Origin: Selaginella moellendorffii
Taxonomy: Eukaryota; Plantae; Lycopodiophyta
Length of the DNA stretch: 64,000 nt
Reading direction: 5' to 3'
Assembly: GCF_000143415.4 (NCBI RefSeq)
Contig: NW_003314288.1
Coordinates: 208,002-272,001 of the forward strand
The position numbers and the translations under genes were made by a program. Shown here one piece after another: positions 61,994 to 64,000 of the stretch. The first letter of the stretch is position 1. Each line of letters opens with the position of its first letter. Under the pieces are notes generated by a model. The model had not been told where the DNA came from. It saw only the letters and a list, made by a program, of their open reading frames with translations, and ran no database searches.

Positions 61994-62173
61994 TCAGTTG
62001 CGCCAGACCCAACCCCTCGGGCAACGGTGGCAACTATTGTCATACCAATACCACCCCGACTGGCAGCGCTGGGCAGCAGCCTTTGCGATTCCTCCCACGT
62101 CCACGCCCATGGCCAGCATCATCACAAACATGGCGAGCGCCAAAAACAACACCAACAAAGCCTTGTTCTCCAT
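61994..62173 (-). CDS. Secreted Cys/Trp/Arg-rich peptide precursor, short form (copy 6)
   Basis: 59 aa ending QRCQSGWYWYDNSCHRCPRGWVWRN; TATA at 62235. Confidence 0.82.
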   Translation of the reverse strand: MENKALLVLFLALAMFVMMLAMGVDVGGIAKAAAQRCQSGWYWYDNSCHRCPRGWVWRN

Positions 62174-64000
62174 GATTTGCTGACAGACTAAGAGAAGAGA
62201 GAAGTGGTTTGATCTGTGAGGCAGGAGGGGCTCATATTTATAGCTCGAGGCAGCACACAATGCTTTAATGGATTCTACAGAGTTGTCTTGGGACGGCATC
62301 GGTTGGTCCTTATACTGCTGGGATCCACATAATATCTCATGCGCTCTCCAACCCTTCAAATGAGGGTCCTTACATGATTTGTTTACACTCTAGCTCAACA
62401 AAATCGCCATTCCTCTTCTACCGTTGCTAAAATTTAACAAGCTCATACTACAAGCTTGGAGATAGAGAAAGCCATGGAATTTAGCTCGAAAGATCCTAGC
62501 GTTTGAAGCGACACGAGTTCTTGTAAGACCTTCGGCCTGTGTATGGGCTGGAGTTGTTGACACTCTTCAGTTATGTCGTCTCTTTGTCTCCATGCTCTCT
62601 CGGTCATCTGTCCATACTGCTATGACTGAATCTCAGTGATTAGCGGCGTCTATTCATCAGCACCACCAACAGTGGCAGCAGCAGCATGAGCATGCCTATC
62701 GTGGCAGCCCATTTCAATTTTGCCCCCAATTACTTTGCCCAAATCCAACAGAAACTCTCCCTATGCCCTGCAATGCATGGCTGAGGCCAAAGCATATGTC
62801 CTATGTGGCATGGTGATTATGGTACTAGGCCTGACCCATCGGACGGAAATGCCACTATCACCCAAGTGGAGAGATTGCAGTAAGTGGATTAACGGTTATG
62901 CCTGAGCTCTGAGCCCACCCCAAGCTCCTCCACCCTCTTCGCATTGTCACGAGACAGTGTTTTGTAGCTTTTGCGCGTGGGTATTGGGAGAGTGATTGCT
63001 GGATGGGGATTTTGTTCTCACAACAGATGCCCAGGGTGGCAGTTGCTGATAGTGCAGCTCTTCACTAGTCTTCAAAAAGCAGAGGGGGAGAACAGAGGAC
63101 TTGCTGACCTATATTGGCATAGTCTATTAAGGCATGTGCTGCAAGCACATGTTTGCCAGCACGTGATGCTCCACCATTTTTATAAGGCATCTTGATGCCT
63201 TTTGTGACACTATTAGAGGCCATGCGCATATCCCACCACCTGCTATGAGAGATGGCCAAATTTCCACAATTATGAGGTAGGCAAATGCTGAGAGCTGCAA
63301 CTTATGAAGCCCCTTTGCTTTCCTTGGGTGTTGAGAGCTTTTTGCCACTGTCTAGACAACCAGGAAACATCTTTGATTTTGAGGGGAATATGAGAGACTT
63401 AGCTCTAAATGCCCTCTTTCTCCTGGCAAATGGTGGTCTACAGCTAGTGGGGGTATGTGACAATGCCTAGTGTGCATCTCTAGCACCAGCTGCCATGTGG
63501 TATGTCATGTAACAACACAACATCAATTGGGTCATCCAAACTATTGTAGTCTACTTGACCACTAGAAGCTTGGAGAATGAGAGGCATAGTTTCAGCAATT
63601 AGTCACTCTAGGGATTTGATGGGAATTATGCGAGTTTTGTATGGAATGACATTTATGTATCCTCATGAAATGTATCAAACTAAGTTGTATAACTAGCCAC
63701 TGAATCATTAGAAATGGATTTAGGTGATCTAAGAAGAAAATAAGATCATTGAAGATGCAAATTATATATTGTAAAGAATATTGAGTGCTTTGTGAATTTA
63801 TGTTGGGAGTTATAGGCAAACTTTGCAGAATATTGATGAGAGATAAATAATAAAGATATTATTCCAATGTCTAGATTGTACACTCCAATTATTCATCTAT
63901 TTGAGGATGATGGGAGGTGGAAATCTTACTTGTATTATAGAGTAATTGAAGTATTTATTGCCAAAAGTTGGAGATGAAATATAGTCATAAATCACTTACA

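Overview
Plant nuclear DNA, most likely a Selaginella-type lycophyte (inferred from the style of the PLS/S-motif PPR genes; not proven). 1-24.7 kb is a stack of nested LTR retrotransposons: a decayed chromoviral Ty3/gypsy carrying a same-family non-coding element, a solo LTR, a deleted LTR element and a 5S-rRNA-containing Cassandra-like TRIM. It is followed by a near-intact gypsy sitting in a copia relic. 25-64 kb is a rearranged segmental-duplication cluster in which one intact PLS/E-type PPR gene and three PPR pseudogenes alternate with a family of tiny intronless genes for predicted secreted Cys/Trp/Arg-rich peptides (MENKA...AAA-QRCQSGWYWYDNSCHRCQRGWVWRNNRCWRN). The family has six intact copies, each with a TATA box, plus about eleven relics with 1, 2 or 3 copies of a C-x-x-G-W-x-W-x4-C module. 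The cluster is interrupted by a young copia, a second gypsy (holding a second Cassandra-like TRIM), a copia relic and three pogo/Fot1-like transposase relics. The peptide family is the best candidate for an undescribed system; the Cassandra-like TRIMs and the inverted PPR duplication come next. All alignments were done by eye and no database search was possible.
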